Below are positions 32,031-45,533 of a stretch of DNA of 64,000 bases, piece after piece (position 1 is the stretch's first letter; the number at the start of each line of letters is the position of its first letter). The notes under the pieces were generated by a model, which saw nothing but the letters and a program-made list of their open reading frames with translations, ran no database searches and was not told the origin of the DNA. Made by a program: the position numbers and the translations under genes. This DNA is from Antedon mediterranea (lineage: Eukaryota > Animalia > Echinodermata): NCBI RefSeq assembly GCF_964355755.1, contig NC_092671.1, forward strand, positions 33,428,304-33,492,303. The letters are read 5' to 3'.

Positions 32031-33047
32031 AAAACATTTTTTTCATACAACTATAAATACGGAACTTTCGTCGATGAGCTATGCTCGACGCGATTATAAG
32101 ACCATGTTCCGGATATGAGCACTGTTTTGTATAATTTAACAACAGTATGATTTATATGCTGTTGCGCACGTTATAGGGCTCTACACCGCCGTATCGTTGC
32201 TCCCTTCTCCATCATTGTGTCTGTTGTACGATGTTTGAAAATGACAATTTACAACTCAATGGTACAGACCTAGCCATACGCTAACAATTTAACAAGAAAA
32301 AAAAACATACGTTTATTGAGAAATTAAATAATAAATATTGTCTTGTTTATTTGGACACTTTAATTTAAGCTTCTTTTAATAGTTTGGGCATGCAGTAAAA
32401 AGTCTAATTCAAATGGTCGATTCTCCAGTCATGTATCCAAAACCACCAACAAAAAAATGTTATTAATCATTCGTCACCATCACGACGCTTGGAATCATTG
32501 TTTTGTTACTGAGAGTAACATATATGAATTTACCTCATACCACCCAGGAGGTTTGACCCTTTAAAGTTGTTAATACTATCAAACAAAAGTCTGACCCTGG
32601 GGTCGGGTCTAGTCTCCAGACCCCCTCGAAAACCCCACAAAAACGGTTTATTTCACTCCATCTTACCAATGGAATAATTGGTACAAACATAGAAGTGTGT
32701 GAGGACATAACAAAAAAATAAAAACTGAAAATATCAGGTCGGAAAGGTCATGTCAAACATCCTTAAAGTGACTTGACGTTAATCGGTAAATCGATAAATA
32801 CATAGTAGGCCTAGTACTTATCACATACCAAAAAAGTCAGACACTGACAAAATACTAGGTTGTAAAGTTCATGTCAGAACTTCTCACAGTTCCATATCCG
32901 GCACACCCACCCCACGTGCCTTATATATTCAATTATTTCATTACGGTTTTACACAATACTTGTTCGTGTTTAATAACATACAATCCAACCTTTTCAACAC
33001 CTAGAATGTCTTTACTTTTGTATTTGTTGTTATACATCGATGACACA

Positions 33048-36000
33048 TGTTATATACCCCCAGTACCTTTGTACACTAGTAATGTATTGTAATATAATGT
33101 AAAGTATTGTAATATAATGTAAAGTATTGTAAAGCTGACTCAAAGATAGATGTATTCACTTCGACTACTTTTTAACAACTCTTTTATTCACAATTCTACT
33201 ATCTATATGACTCATACAAATTGGTATAGTTACAGGTGGTATTTGTAAACCAACTGATAACATAGGAAGTGTATACTGATAAACAAATGTATCATCTTGC
33301 CTACTGGCACCATAGCTAGACATAACATCTCTCCCCTCCTAATTTCACATGTTACATTTAGGGAGTGTAATCAATTAACCAACGTGGTTTATAAACTTCA
33401 CGTCTAGGTCTATCTTTATCAAATGTAGGTACAACAGTATCTTTCTGTTTCTGTGTGGTTAGATCATTTGTTAGGTATTTAGCATTCCAGATCTTTCCAT
33501 CATCTAGCTCATATGTAGCATTACTAACAATTCTTTTAATTTTTCCTCCAGTATAGAACTTATTACTTGATTTATCAACATGTCTCGGATTCTTAATTCG
33601 TACTGAATCTCCCACTTTAAATTGTGGTTTCCTCACATTTTTCTTATCATCGTAATACTTCTTACTTTTACTTTGGAACTTTTTAACTCGTTCCTTTACC
33701 TCAGTATGTTTAATTCCATTTTGGTAACCATCTGTAGGTCTTACATTTAGTGTAGTAATTAATTTACGCTTATGTAATAATTCTGCAGGAGATATGCCTG
33801 TAACAGCATGAGGTGTAGATCGATAGATCATAAGAAATTCTAACATGGCCTCATTCCAATTCTTATTATTTTCATTGGCCATTTTAATGGTATGTTTAAT
33901 TGTTCTATTCATTCTTTCAACTAATCCATTACTTTTAGGATAGTACAATGATGTTCTAATGTGTTTAATACCTCTCTCCTTTAAATAATTGTCAAACTCT
34001 ATGGATACAAATTGTTTCCCATTATCGGATACCAACTCATATGTTCACTCATGTTCATGTTCATCTTTACCAAAGACAACAATATCGTCAAGATAGCAAC
34101 GTACCCCCTTTGCATTCATTAGGATTGAACTCATTGTTTTCTGAAATGCAGATGGTGCGGAAGCAAGACCAAAACATACTCTCTTATAACGGTAAAGGCC
34201 TTGATGCGTAATAAAAGCAGTTAAATCCCTACTTTCTTTATGTAATGTCAATTGATGGTACGCAGATCTAAGATCTAACGTAGAAAATACAGTAGCACCA
34301 TGCAATGAATTGAATAATTCTGAAATATCAGGTAAAGGAAATTGGTCTACTACAAGTTCTGTTTACTTCTCTTAAATCTATACAAATACGTACATCACCG
34401 GATTTTTTTACCTACTACGACAATAGGACTTACCCAAGGACTTGCATTAATTTTCTCTATAATTCCTTGGCTTTCTAACCTATCAAGTTCTTTAGCAACT
34501 TTGTCTCTTACCGTAAATGGTAAGCTTCGTAATTTCTGAATTTTCGGTGTACAGTGTTCGCGGACCATAACTTTATGTACGAAATCCTTCGCGAGCCCCA
34601 CATTCCCATTGAACAATCTCGGATAGTTCTTTTTTCAGTTCTTGCTTGTATTCAGCATCATCAATTGTAGTAGTATCTTTAGCAACTTGGACGTAAGCAA
34701 TTTGTCCTTTCACAATGTTAATATTTAGGTTGCTAATCAAGTCCATCCCGAGAATAGGCGATCCTTTTTCTACAATGTAAATCTTCGCGTGCACTTTATT
34801 CTCTGGCTCACTGGCAAGGGTAACTGGTAAATTCACAAATCCATGCACATGTATCGGTTCCTTGGAGTAGGTCATCAGTTTGATTGACGCCTTTTGTAGA
34901 GCTTTGTTGACAAAATATCGATTATAGATTCTTTTGGGTAGAATTGTAACTGGTGAACCAGTATCTATGGTCATGTTCACTTTTGCTGAATGACCTATCA
35001 ATACGTCAGTGCGTAATTTTCTGTTAACCATCACATTAACAGACATGGTTTCATCAATATTTTTAATTTCAACACTTCTGCAAACACTAGCAAAATGTCC
35101 TATCTTACGGCATTTATTGCATTTAGCTTTCTTTGCCTTGCATTTGACATCATTTGCTTTGTGCGATTTCGAACCACAACGAAAACAGTACTCACTGGAT
35201 TTGTATTTTGCTGGCTGTTGTTTAGGTTTGTAATTACTCTTTCGTATCTGCTCAACAGGTACTGGTAGTTCAGCTTTACCTATTATTTGGCATTCTTTTG
35301 CAGCATGTTCACATTGCCCTGCAATTTCTATGGCAGTATTTAATGTAAGTTCAGGTTCCAGAAGTAATCTTTCGCGAATACGGGAAGAATTAGTTTTCTC
35401 AACTAACTGGTCTCTTATCATTTCATCAGCTATTACACCGAAATTACATGAAATTGATAATTGTCGAAGTTCTCTTACGTACTCATCTGATGTTTCATCC
35501 TGGAGTTGTCTACGTTGACGAAATTTGTATCTTTCCGCTACAACGTTTAATCTTGGGTTAAAATGTGCCCGCAATTTGGCAACAGTTGCATCATATGAAT
35601 TAACATCATCATTTGGATCAATTTCTCTTTCTGGTAAAGAGCTGTAAATACGTTGACCCTCAGTACCAAGACAATGTAGTAATAGTGCTTTTCTTCTTTC
35701 AGCATTCCATCGGTCACTTCCAGACGCAAGAGTATAATTTGTAAAAAATTCAAACCATTGTTCAAACTTTAACGTTGATTTGCCTGGAGTAGGTAGAAAC
35801 GGTACTGGTGGTGAAATTCCAGCCATTGTATCACTTAGAATTTAAAATCCCATCCTCGTCGCCAATTTGTTATATACCCCCAGTACCTTTGTACAGTAGT
35901 AATGTATTGTAATATAATGTAAAGTATTGTAAAGCTGACTCAAAGATAGATGTATTCACTTCGACTACTTTTTAACAACTCTTTTATTCACAATTCTACT

Positions 36001-37062
36001 ATCTATATGGGTCTGTTTCTGCTGAAAAAATCAAAATAATCGATTTTTTCCAGTCACCGCAAACCACAAAAATAATCGCGTTGCAATTGAAAATTGCTAC
36101 GACTTTAATCGGTTATTCAGGTAATCGGTTTTTAAAATCACGTCATCATTCCCCCACAGCGCAGTTCAAGTTATGAAAGGCCGATGAGAGTTGGTTTGTT
36201 TACATCCTATCGCTGCCTAAAACTCTCACATGTAGACCTACGATTAAAAATTACTCTTACGTAAAGCTATATTATTTGTAAAATAAACATCTAGGCCTAC
36301 TACCGTACCACATACAACAGAATAATGATGTTATATTAATATGGACACGTCGGCGAAAAAAGTTCGTTTCGCCGTTCGTTGGTTCTACCTTCGGCCTGCT
36401 AGGCCTAGAGGCTATATATTTCTACCGAAACAAGTCAACAGACAACAGGCCTAACAAATGACATGTAAAACATCGTTAGCCTGAACTGGTGGTATGTAAC
36501 GGGTGTACTTGTAACACGTCAGAATCCCGGAGTCTCTCGGTATAATTCTCCCCCACAAAATAATAAAAATCAAATGTTTAACATTTGATTGTTACCCGGA
36601 TTGTTATTCGGTCTACCCTACATCGCGATCGTGGTTTTGCTGATCGTCGTCGTCGATATCGCGCAAATAAACAGCATGCTTTGTGACGTGAATAAGTTTG
36701 TCATACTCTAGAGGTCAAAGTGAGGTCAATAATCGCTATTTGTGTTGCAGCTCAAAACTGCTCCGCAATAATCGGTTAAAACAAGAAATAATCGATTAAA
36801 ACACGCAATGGATTGAGTGTTTTTAATCGGTTATTTTTAATCGGTTATTTTATTTTGCGCCGTTTCTGCTGCCCAAAAATAATCGATTAAAAAAATAAAC
36901 GGTTAATAATCGATTATTTCTGCTCAGCAGAAACAGGCCCTATGACTCATACAAATTGGTATAGTTACAGGTGGTATTTGTAAACCAACTGATAACATAG
37001 GAAGTGTATACTGATAAACAAATGTATCATCTTGCCTACTGGCACCATAGCTAGACATAACA
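33048..37062 (-). mobile_element. Ty3/Gypsy LTR retrotransposon (Mag-like) with internally deleted pol
   Basis: TG...CA LTRs at 33048-33327 and 35868-37062; ACACA TSD; PBS TGGCGACGAGGATGGGATT at 35864-35846; PPT at 33340-33328. Gag with two CCHC knuckles and DTGS protease (35826-34573), RT YLDD, integrase (34035-33358). Confidence 0.95.
36009..36940. mobile_element. PIF/Harbinger-like MITE inserted in the Gypsy 5' LTR
   Basis: TIR GGGTCTGTTTCTGCTGA/TCAGCAGAAACAGGCCC; 3-bp TAT duplication relative to the uninterrupted LTR; repeated AATCG(G/A)TT subterminal motifs. Confidence 0.85.
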
Positions 37063-37499
37063 ACACACTATATGTTTTTATCAATTTTGGACCATGGATA
37101 ATAAAGGGGTGAAATTAACATGCTTGGGAAGAGGTGACATTCTTGGTTGTTGTCAACAACGACCGATAAAACATAACACTATGTTTCGTCGGCCAACCCG
37201 GCTTAGTACTGCCATCTGGATTTCCCAGTATAATGAATGTTTGGTAATACAACATCCCTGGTATCACTTGTATTTCTTAAGCCCCTTTCACACCATATAT
37301 CATAACCTAACCCATGATACAGACGCAACATATGATACAAATAAAAAGTCATATTACTAAATATTAATGTGATAGTGGGTATGTATTGTCACTGAGAATC
37401 AGGGAAGCGGACTTGGTACGATGTGTGTTTTTTTAATCTAGTAGTACATAGTACTGATGGAAAAGCAGTAGTAGGCCTACAGTATTGGGCTTACACATA

Positions 37500-38390
37500 A
37501 TTTAAAAATACACACCATAATCTATTACATTGCATCGCAGGCAAGTGTCTGTATTATTAATATTCCATTTAAAGAGCCTTCTATTGGTAGGAATAATACA
37601 ATGCAATAGTTTTAGCTGTTTAAGTTTGTTATCTTTAATATAATTTACTTTTCTTTTCCATGTCAGTTTCATGTGTTTCCCACTTTGTTTACTCTTGGTT
37701 GGTTCTTTGCATTTTTTTTTTATAATAAAGAGACGAATGTTTTTACAACTCATTTTACTTTACTGTATTGATATAACTTCGTTAACTTTTACATTATCAA
37801 TTTTAGAATAGATTATATCTTTTCTCGTGGTATTGCTTTTAGTAGACATGAAAATTCAGCAATCCAATTCGATTTGATATTTAACAAAAATAGTAATTCA
37901 TTTGTATTAATAAATCTGTTATCAATTATAATATGTTTCATCTTTGTTATACCAGATCTAATCCAAATCCTATAAAGGGGTGAGAAACCATTGTGTGTTA
38001 TCAAGTTGTTGCCCCATATAGGTTGTTCTATAATTTGTTCATAGGAAAGTGAAATTTTAAAAGAATATTGATTGAATTCAGCTAAATACTTTAACATTGA
38101 TTTATATAATAAAGGCATACTACTGTAATGTGTTTCTTTATATTTTACATTTGATATATTTTCAATAACCGCTCTTGGACCTATTTTGTTAAAATACATT
38201 TTAGGTAAACACTTCCATTTTGAAGTGTCATCATTGCACAATCTTTTAAGCCATGACATTTGTAGTGCCTTGACTTGAGATCTGAAGTCTGGAGCATTTA
38301 CTCCACCACTTTTATAATCATTGATTAATGTTAATCTTTTTATCTTTTATGTTTTATTATTCCAAATAAAGTCGAATACAATTTTACACT
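37500..38390 (-). mobile_element. L1/Tx1-clade LINE ORF2 C-terminal fragment
   Basis: GGVNAPD...WLKRL, QPIWGN, and LLHCIIPTNRRLFKW...CLRC (zf-RVT-like region). Confidence 0.8.
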
Positions 38391-38965
38391 TCTTTTACCA
38401 ATGTACTGAAGCAAATGATTTAAGGAAATACATTAATGTTTATACCACATTATAAGTTTGGAATTGAAGCAAACTTTCAAAATACTGTACTCGGTACCGG
38501 AAACAGATATGTTGACAACATGTTCTCTCTTGGATGCTTCTGTATTTATAAAGCACACATTTTGAAAAAAAGTAAAGAAATGGAATTATAGTTCACTTTC
38601 TCGCCTCTTTTTGGCAGAAAAAAATAATAGGTTATATACCTTAACCGACTATTATAATACGGTATATTCTACAGAGGTTTATATAACGCTGTGCAATGCC
38701 AATAGGTGGTTAAATCTTTATATAGAATTTAAAAAAAAAATGAAAATAAATTAAATAAATATTAAAAACAAAACGAAACGTTACATATAAGTACGGTAAG
38801 CAACGAATATAACCATGAGACATAAACTGTAACACAAGAGTAAGAAAAGAATTTTTTAATGCTTACTATATTTATTTGAATTTTATATTTTTACTTATGT
38901 TCTTATTGTAAAAAAAAAAGAATTAAGAGTAATTGAGTAATTGTATTGCATTTTATATATTGTAA

Positions 38966-38996
<31 letters not shown>

Positions 38997-39094
38997 GTAG
39001 GCAAAGAACATTAATTCTAAACCGCCCGGTGATATACTGAAATTTAATTAATTAATTTGAAACGATAAAGATGAGGAAATCTGTGAGAATGAGA

Positions 39095-39180
39095 AAAAGT
39101 CGCTCCAACCGAGACTCGAACTCGCACCGTCTGCTTGATATGCAGTTAACCCTAACCATTAAACCACTGGGGCTTTCATG
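39095..39180 (-). pseudogene. tRNA-like sequence (repeat head)
   Basis: GCCCCAGTGGTTTAATGGTTAGG...GAGTTCGAGTCTCGGTTGGAGCG followed by TTTTT; A and B boxes present. Confidence 0.55.
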
Positions 39181-39286
39181 GTATTGTTCAAACTCGATTG
39201 GATAGCGACTCTTTAACATTCTCGGCGTGGTACGGCGGAACAGCACTAGTCCTCAGTTGTACGCACGCGCACCAGAGATCAAATTG

Positions 39287-39290
<4 letters not shown>

Positions 39291-39372
<82 letters not shown>
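39291..39372. repeat. (TA)n microsatellite
   Basis: About 40 AT dinucleotides. Confidence 0.95.
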
Positions 39373-39376
<4 letters not shown>

Positions 39377-39450
39377 CCAAAGGCAAATTACTGGAAAAAA
39401 AATGACAATGCTGTGGGTATTAGTGGCTGGATCTCATATATATATATATA

Positions 39451-42400
39451 CTAGCAAAGATACCGGGAGTTAGTTGCATTGATGACACTCAAGGATCAGA
39501 CCTTGACTGTCAATAGAAATAATGATAGAAAGTGACTCTTTGTAATACATATTAGAACACTCAGAGCAACAATGTAGTATTTACCTCCATGGTAGTAGTT
39601 TGTGTGTATTCAGTTATTCCAGTTAGGCCTAGTTCATCAGTAGTTCGTGATATACAACATTTCGCGTATTTGAATCTGGTACATATACATGTAAGTGTTC
39701 AGGTGAACCAACTCTTGACAGAGCAACATACAGCATGCCATGTGAAAAAACCGTTGTATCTAGGTGTATGCCAACACTTCTGAACGTTTGACCCTGTGAC
39801 TTATTTATGGTCATAGCAAAAGACAGTCTTATGGGAAATTGAAGGCGTTTAAATGTAAACGGCAGGTCACCGCCTGAAGGTGTCAACGGAATTCTCGGTA
39901 TAAGTGCACGTTTTCCTGCTCCTGGTCCGTTTAAAATTACCACCTCGAGAACATTTGGATTTAGTTTGTGGATAATACATCTAGTTCCATTAGTTATATT
40001 AGGTGGATCCTATGATCTGAGCACTATAATGGGACATCCAACTTTAAGTAACAGTAAGTGAGGCGGTAGTGCTGATATGTCGATAGAATTGAGAAACTCA
40101 ACGGGAAAATGTACGGCTTCTTCATTAGTCAAAGTAGAGTCAATTGATTTAAATTGTTTTAGTTCTCCAGGGTAGTTAGTAAGGACTGAATAATTAATTT
40201 GATTCACTGTTTCATTTAGTGGAGCAAGGACGGATCTTTCCAGAAACCATTGATGGTCAGTAGAATGGTTCAGAATTTGGCCATATACAGCATCGATTAA
40301 AGCATTAGAACTTGCACAATGGTTTATGAATGCTGGCAACTTGATTGTATCTGGAGGTAGGAGAACTTGAAAACGTCCTTCACCAATTGATAAAAGAAAT
40401 TCAGAAAACTCTTCAGAGCTGTTTGCTAGACGTACTCTCATATTTGTGGACATTTTGTAGGTTTTGATGTTAGTCCATAAATAAGATTGTTGAATAGCAG
40501 TATCAATAACATTGACTCGAGTACCGTTTTTCACTACAGGGGGTATCTGGCGCTTATCACCACACAACAATGTTGGAATACCACCGAATGGTTGTGCTCG
40601 CTACTGCTGTGATGTCTCGCAATGTGTAATCCATGGCCTCATATGCTGATTTGTGGGTCATTAGAGCCTCATCGACGATTAGTCCTCTGGTTTCCCTTAA
40701 TATAGAAGCTAGGGCTGAGTTTTTATTAATACTGCATGTTGGGTGATCTCTGTATTGAACATCTAATGGAATTTTGAAGGTCGAATGAAGAGTTTTTCCA
40801 CCTGGAATAAGCCTAGCTGCAATCCCACTTGATGCACATGCAATCACAATCCACCCCTTCGAACGAATTGTGTGTAGTAAATACTTCAGAAGAAATGTCT
40901 TGCCAGTTCCGCCAGGGGCATCTAAAAACACGATTCCAGGGATTTTGTTGTTGACCATATGTAGAAAGTCTGTTGCAATGGTTTTCTGTTCACCAGTGAG
41001 AGATTTTTCTTTGTCAGCAGCGAATAACGCTTGTTTGTCTGGGTCGTAATCAGTATAAACAAGGCCAACAGCCATTATATCGCGTGCTACAATGCATAGT
41101 GATACCGGACCGACAGACAAACAGACCGACAGACAGACAGACAGACGGACCGACCGACATAGTGAACTATACTGACCGAAATTACTGAACATGTTTAAAA
41201 ATGTTGAAATGTTTAAAAACATTTATATTGTTTTAATTTACACGTGCGTAGCCTGTCACTTTTGACGTGCTCGTATAACGTAATTTCGAGTTGAAAAGTA
41301 AGTCAAGAAAACAGAAATCGGGCAAAAAGAGTGCGCAATAATATTTAACGCACAGTGCGCGCGCAAAAATCTGCACACTCATGGCAATTTTGTAAACGCT
41401 TAAAATTGCCTGAAACGTACTCTTATTTCATCGAAAATAAATTTTGAAAATTTTAAGCGCGCGTACGCATGCGTTACATGCGCTACGCACGTAATTGTAT
41501 TGCCATATGATGATTTATGCCCTGAAATTTATGAGTACCAAATTTTATTTAATTGTGATTCATGGTTGTTAAGATATGATTACAAGCGTGATTTCGTTAA
41601 ATCGTGCGTAGACCGCGTAATTTTTTATTGCGCACCGTGAAAACATAACCACATCGATTCCCGGCCATAAGGAATATTCTGTGAAAAATTGACTTAGCTA
41701 GATTAAACTGATATCAAGATAAGGTCATAAAGCGATAAAACGCATAGTGATACCGGACCGACAGACCGACAGACAGACCGACCGACCGACATAGTGAACT
41801 ATAGAGTCGCTTCCACGCGACTAAAAATGTAGTCTTTGTTGATGAGTTGCTCAAAGTTCTGTGACTGGACTACTGGTAGACCGTAGTGTTCAACTGATTT
41901 TCCACTGATTCTCAGTAACTCTTGTTGAATTAAATGTAAACATTCATTGTGGATGATACATGTCTCTCTACCTTCATGGTCAGGCGGTAAACCTGCCTTA
42001 TAAAATAGGTCATCTGAAATGTGATGTTTATGTTGTTCCCATAATGTTAATGGGTCACTTGGTTCGCAAGCTGTTAGAATCATTGTGAACAGTTTTCGCA
42101 AATGGTGTCCGGTATTTGCTAAAGCAGCTTCTTCCAAAGCTCGGTGGTAATGTTGGTCATTATCAATTAGACCCATAGCTAGACATGTGGCGTGATAGGT
42201 GTCAAATTCTACTTCATTAAAGGTCTTTAAGTCCTTGTATGACTTAGGGCCACGCTTTTCGTGTAACAATAGTCTCATATAGTAACACTTTCTTTGTTTT
42301 GGGCTAATCGTATACACTCTTCCAAGACATGGAGACCTGAAAACTCCTGGGCTGCTTTCGGATGGTACACCTTGTTTGCGACGGTTCCACTTTTTAGCTT

Positions 42401-45400
42401 TGTTATGCCATGTATAATATTGGGGAACTTCTACATAAAGTAGTGATTGTGCGAAGTCGTCGGTTTGACAAAGAGTGAAAAATGCAGTCAGCATAGTTTT
42501 TGGTGGGGTCCCCAAAGCGATTCGACGTGCATTTTCTTCTGTGAAGTAAACTCGTTGGCCGTTTTCTAAGTGTATAGATAACTGAAACACTGGAGGGTAT
42601 CTTTGGTGAATAGGAAATCCGAGTATCCGCATCGCTGCCTCCATGCTGCCGACATATCTAGCTTCTTGATATTGAGTAATCTCGTCATTAGCTTCCATTG
42701 TCTGAACAGAGAATATGGCCTGATCAGATCCTTTATGTACATATTTTAAACGTATTTGATACATTTGATTGAACTGCAGATTTCTACATTAGTATGACAG
42801 CCCATGTGGCGCAGTAGTTCTTTATTATTATGGTACAATCCAGCGATTATCGATGTCTGTTTGAATTATCTCACCATCAAGTACCTTTATTATGGAAATG
42901 ACATGTCACCCATCTTCTGGTGAACTTCGTTTATACTTTGGATATGAGTCGTTTCCCTGAACAGTGTTCTGTTGAAATTCCTTGGGGAAGTGTTTTGTAC
43001 AGTGATTGTCTTTCATACACGGATTATTCGGTTTTAGTTGTCCACATGGGCCATGAATCATGTGTGATTTTACCAAATTATGAAGTGTTGGTTCAGTTGT
43101 TGGGCTTGGTATTTCAGCAGAAATTATGGAGTCCATATCTTGGGGATTGATTTTTGATCCAGACTGAAGCCACAATAGTATGTGTGCATGGGGTAATCCC
43201 CTCTTTTGGAATTCTACAGAATATAACCAAGCTTGCAATTTTCCAAAGAAGCCATTTTTGAATAAGTTCATCATGTGTTTCAGTTTTAAATGAAGGACAT
43301 GCACAACAATATCTGGGCGGTCATTGGGATTCTGGTTTGGCAATAGATTATTTACTATTTCCTTCCACTTAGGATTTGTGGTTGTCGTAATGAATAAAGA
43401 AGGGCGACCATATGCTCTGATGTAAGTGATGGAGTCTTGCTGGCGCTCATGCATATATCGAGGTCCCCCTGTGTATGAAGATGGAAGTATAATTCGTTGT
43501 CCTACTGTTCTTGGGTCACTGTCTTCAGCCAAGATAGAATCACGGAAATTTTGATAACTGTCTGCTCTCAACGACTTTTGCTCTCTTCTCAAGTACTGTA
43601 AACGTTCAGTTTCAATTTTACAAAATACATCCACTATATACTGTTGAAACAGTCTACGACAATAAAGTAGATGGTTAGTTGGCCTACACATCATGTGATA
43701 TCGGTAATATTGCATTTGTGTAATTTTACGACCAGCATCTGTGTGAAGATATATGGAATATCCATCAGTTCCGTGCATGAAAAGGATTGGGTATTGAAGT
43801 GTATCATACGCTCTGTGTAATTCTGACACGTGCCGTAACCCTCCTTCTCGTTCATGCAAAACGATATCTCTATTCATACACGGTTCGTTGGGCATCAGAA
43901 TGGCAACCTCGTTTCCAGTAGGTGGGTTGTACCTGCGAGCATGCTGGTTGTCCTCATGAATCACAATTCTCATGTTAGGGTCATCAATATTATTGACCAT
44001 TTCTAGGGCGATGTTTAGATTACGAATATATTTGTTATGTTGGTGTAATAGTCCATTCAATGTATGGAGTATGTGTGGTTTCAGTTTAGAACTGAATAAT
44101 GATCGACGGGTTTGTTATTCCAAGTTATTATCCACAAAGTATATTTGTAGAAACTGTGGTGTAGCATCTGCATGTGGCCGTAAACTGCAAATTTTATGAC
44201 AAACTTGGCCCTGAACAGTAAAGTTTGGATTCCAGCCTTGTATATTGCGCTGCTTACAACCAAAACTGGTCATTTGGAAGGCTGAATTATAAAGCCTAAT
44301 GTCAGCTAAAAAAGAAGCGGAATCAGCATTAATTCCATTCAAAAGCGACATAAGATATTTAGGTGGTGATGGTATTGGCGTAAGAGTGATTTTTCCATCA
44401 TTACAACATAATGATTTTGTTTCCAATTTGAATCGGATGGCACCACATTTTACATTCATTGAGCCAATATCAGTTTTGTTTTGAAACAGGTGTTCGTGAT
44501 ATACAAAAGCTGGTGGTGTTGATGTTGTAGTATCCCATTGGTATGGAGCTGAGCGTGCTTCAGCTGATCTTACCGTTTCTCTCCGACGTCTGACAGCTGT
44601 CTCGTCGAGTGTTTCATTTCGCCTTGTAGTAGCTTTCCGGGAGCGATCGCATCCAAGTCTGTCTGTTGTCTGTTCAGGCGTTTCATTAAGCCTTGTAGTA
44701 GCTATCCTGGAGCGCTCACTTTCAAGTCTGGTTGTTGTCTGTTCAGGCGTTTCATTAAGCCTTGTAGTAGCTATCCTAGAGCGCTCACTTTCAATTCTAA
44801 CTGTTGTTTGTTCATTAGTCTCCTTTTTTTCTGGCAGCTGACATTCGTTGAACATCCTTAGATTTTCTTCCACTGGACAATGGGCGTTTTTTCCTTGGCG
44901 GCATGGTGATGTAGTTTAACACAGTAACAGTAAACAACGCTTGTATATTCACACAGGAATGGATGTCTGTAATGAGACAATCCAAGTGACCGATACATAG
45001 CTAGATATGGTTAAAGTACTTTGCTAAATGTGTAAATGAATAGGTGTCATATTGGTTAAAGAATAAAATATGTAAATCTATATACGCATTGCTAAGGATA
45101 ATTAAAATACTGTAAAACTTTTGTAGTATAATTTTACAATTCGATAGCCTACAACCCCGAGCCCTAGCAAAAAATGACATCACAAACCACCACACCACCC
45201 CCCGCCCCCACCCCTCCCACAAAAACCCCAGGAGTCGGGGGAATTTTTTTAAATGTAGTTTAAAACCTTCCGGGTACAATTGCCATCATTTTGATACCCC
45301 ATACGTATGGTTACGTGCAGAAACAGACATTTTTATAACGAACGTTGTGACCACATTTTGGTCCCTAACTTGGATCCTATGTGGCGGATGATGTTGAAAT

Positions 45401-45533
45401 ATAGCTTAGAACATTCCCGGTACAATTGCGGTCATTTTGATACCCCATATGTAAGATTATGTGCAGTAACAAAATTTTGTATAACGAACAAACAAACAGA
45501 CAAACTCTCTCTCTCTCTCACTTATAGTATAGA
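39451..45533 (-). mobile_element. Full-length Helitron with frameshifted Rep-PIF1 helicase
   Basis: 5' A|TC at 45533 and 3' CTAG|T at 39451. Rep motifs FITTT.NPKW, VEFQKRGLPHAH, KYVHKG; helicase motifs APGGTGKT, DEA.M, GD.RQIPP, FAMTINKSQGQT, YVALSRV. Confidence 0.93.
41057..41827 (-). mobile_element. Helentron-associated non-autonomous element (HINE/DINE-1-like) inserted in the Helitron ORF
   Basis: T-run ends (TTTTTAGTCGCGTGGAAGCGAC ... GGCCTTGTTT), (GTCG/GTCT)n tracts, no TSD; near-identical copy at 53546-54337. Confidence 0.85.
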
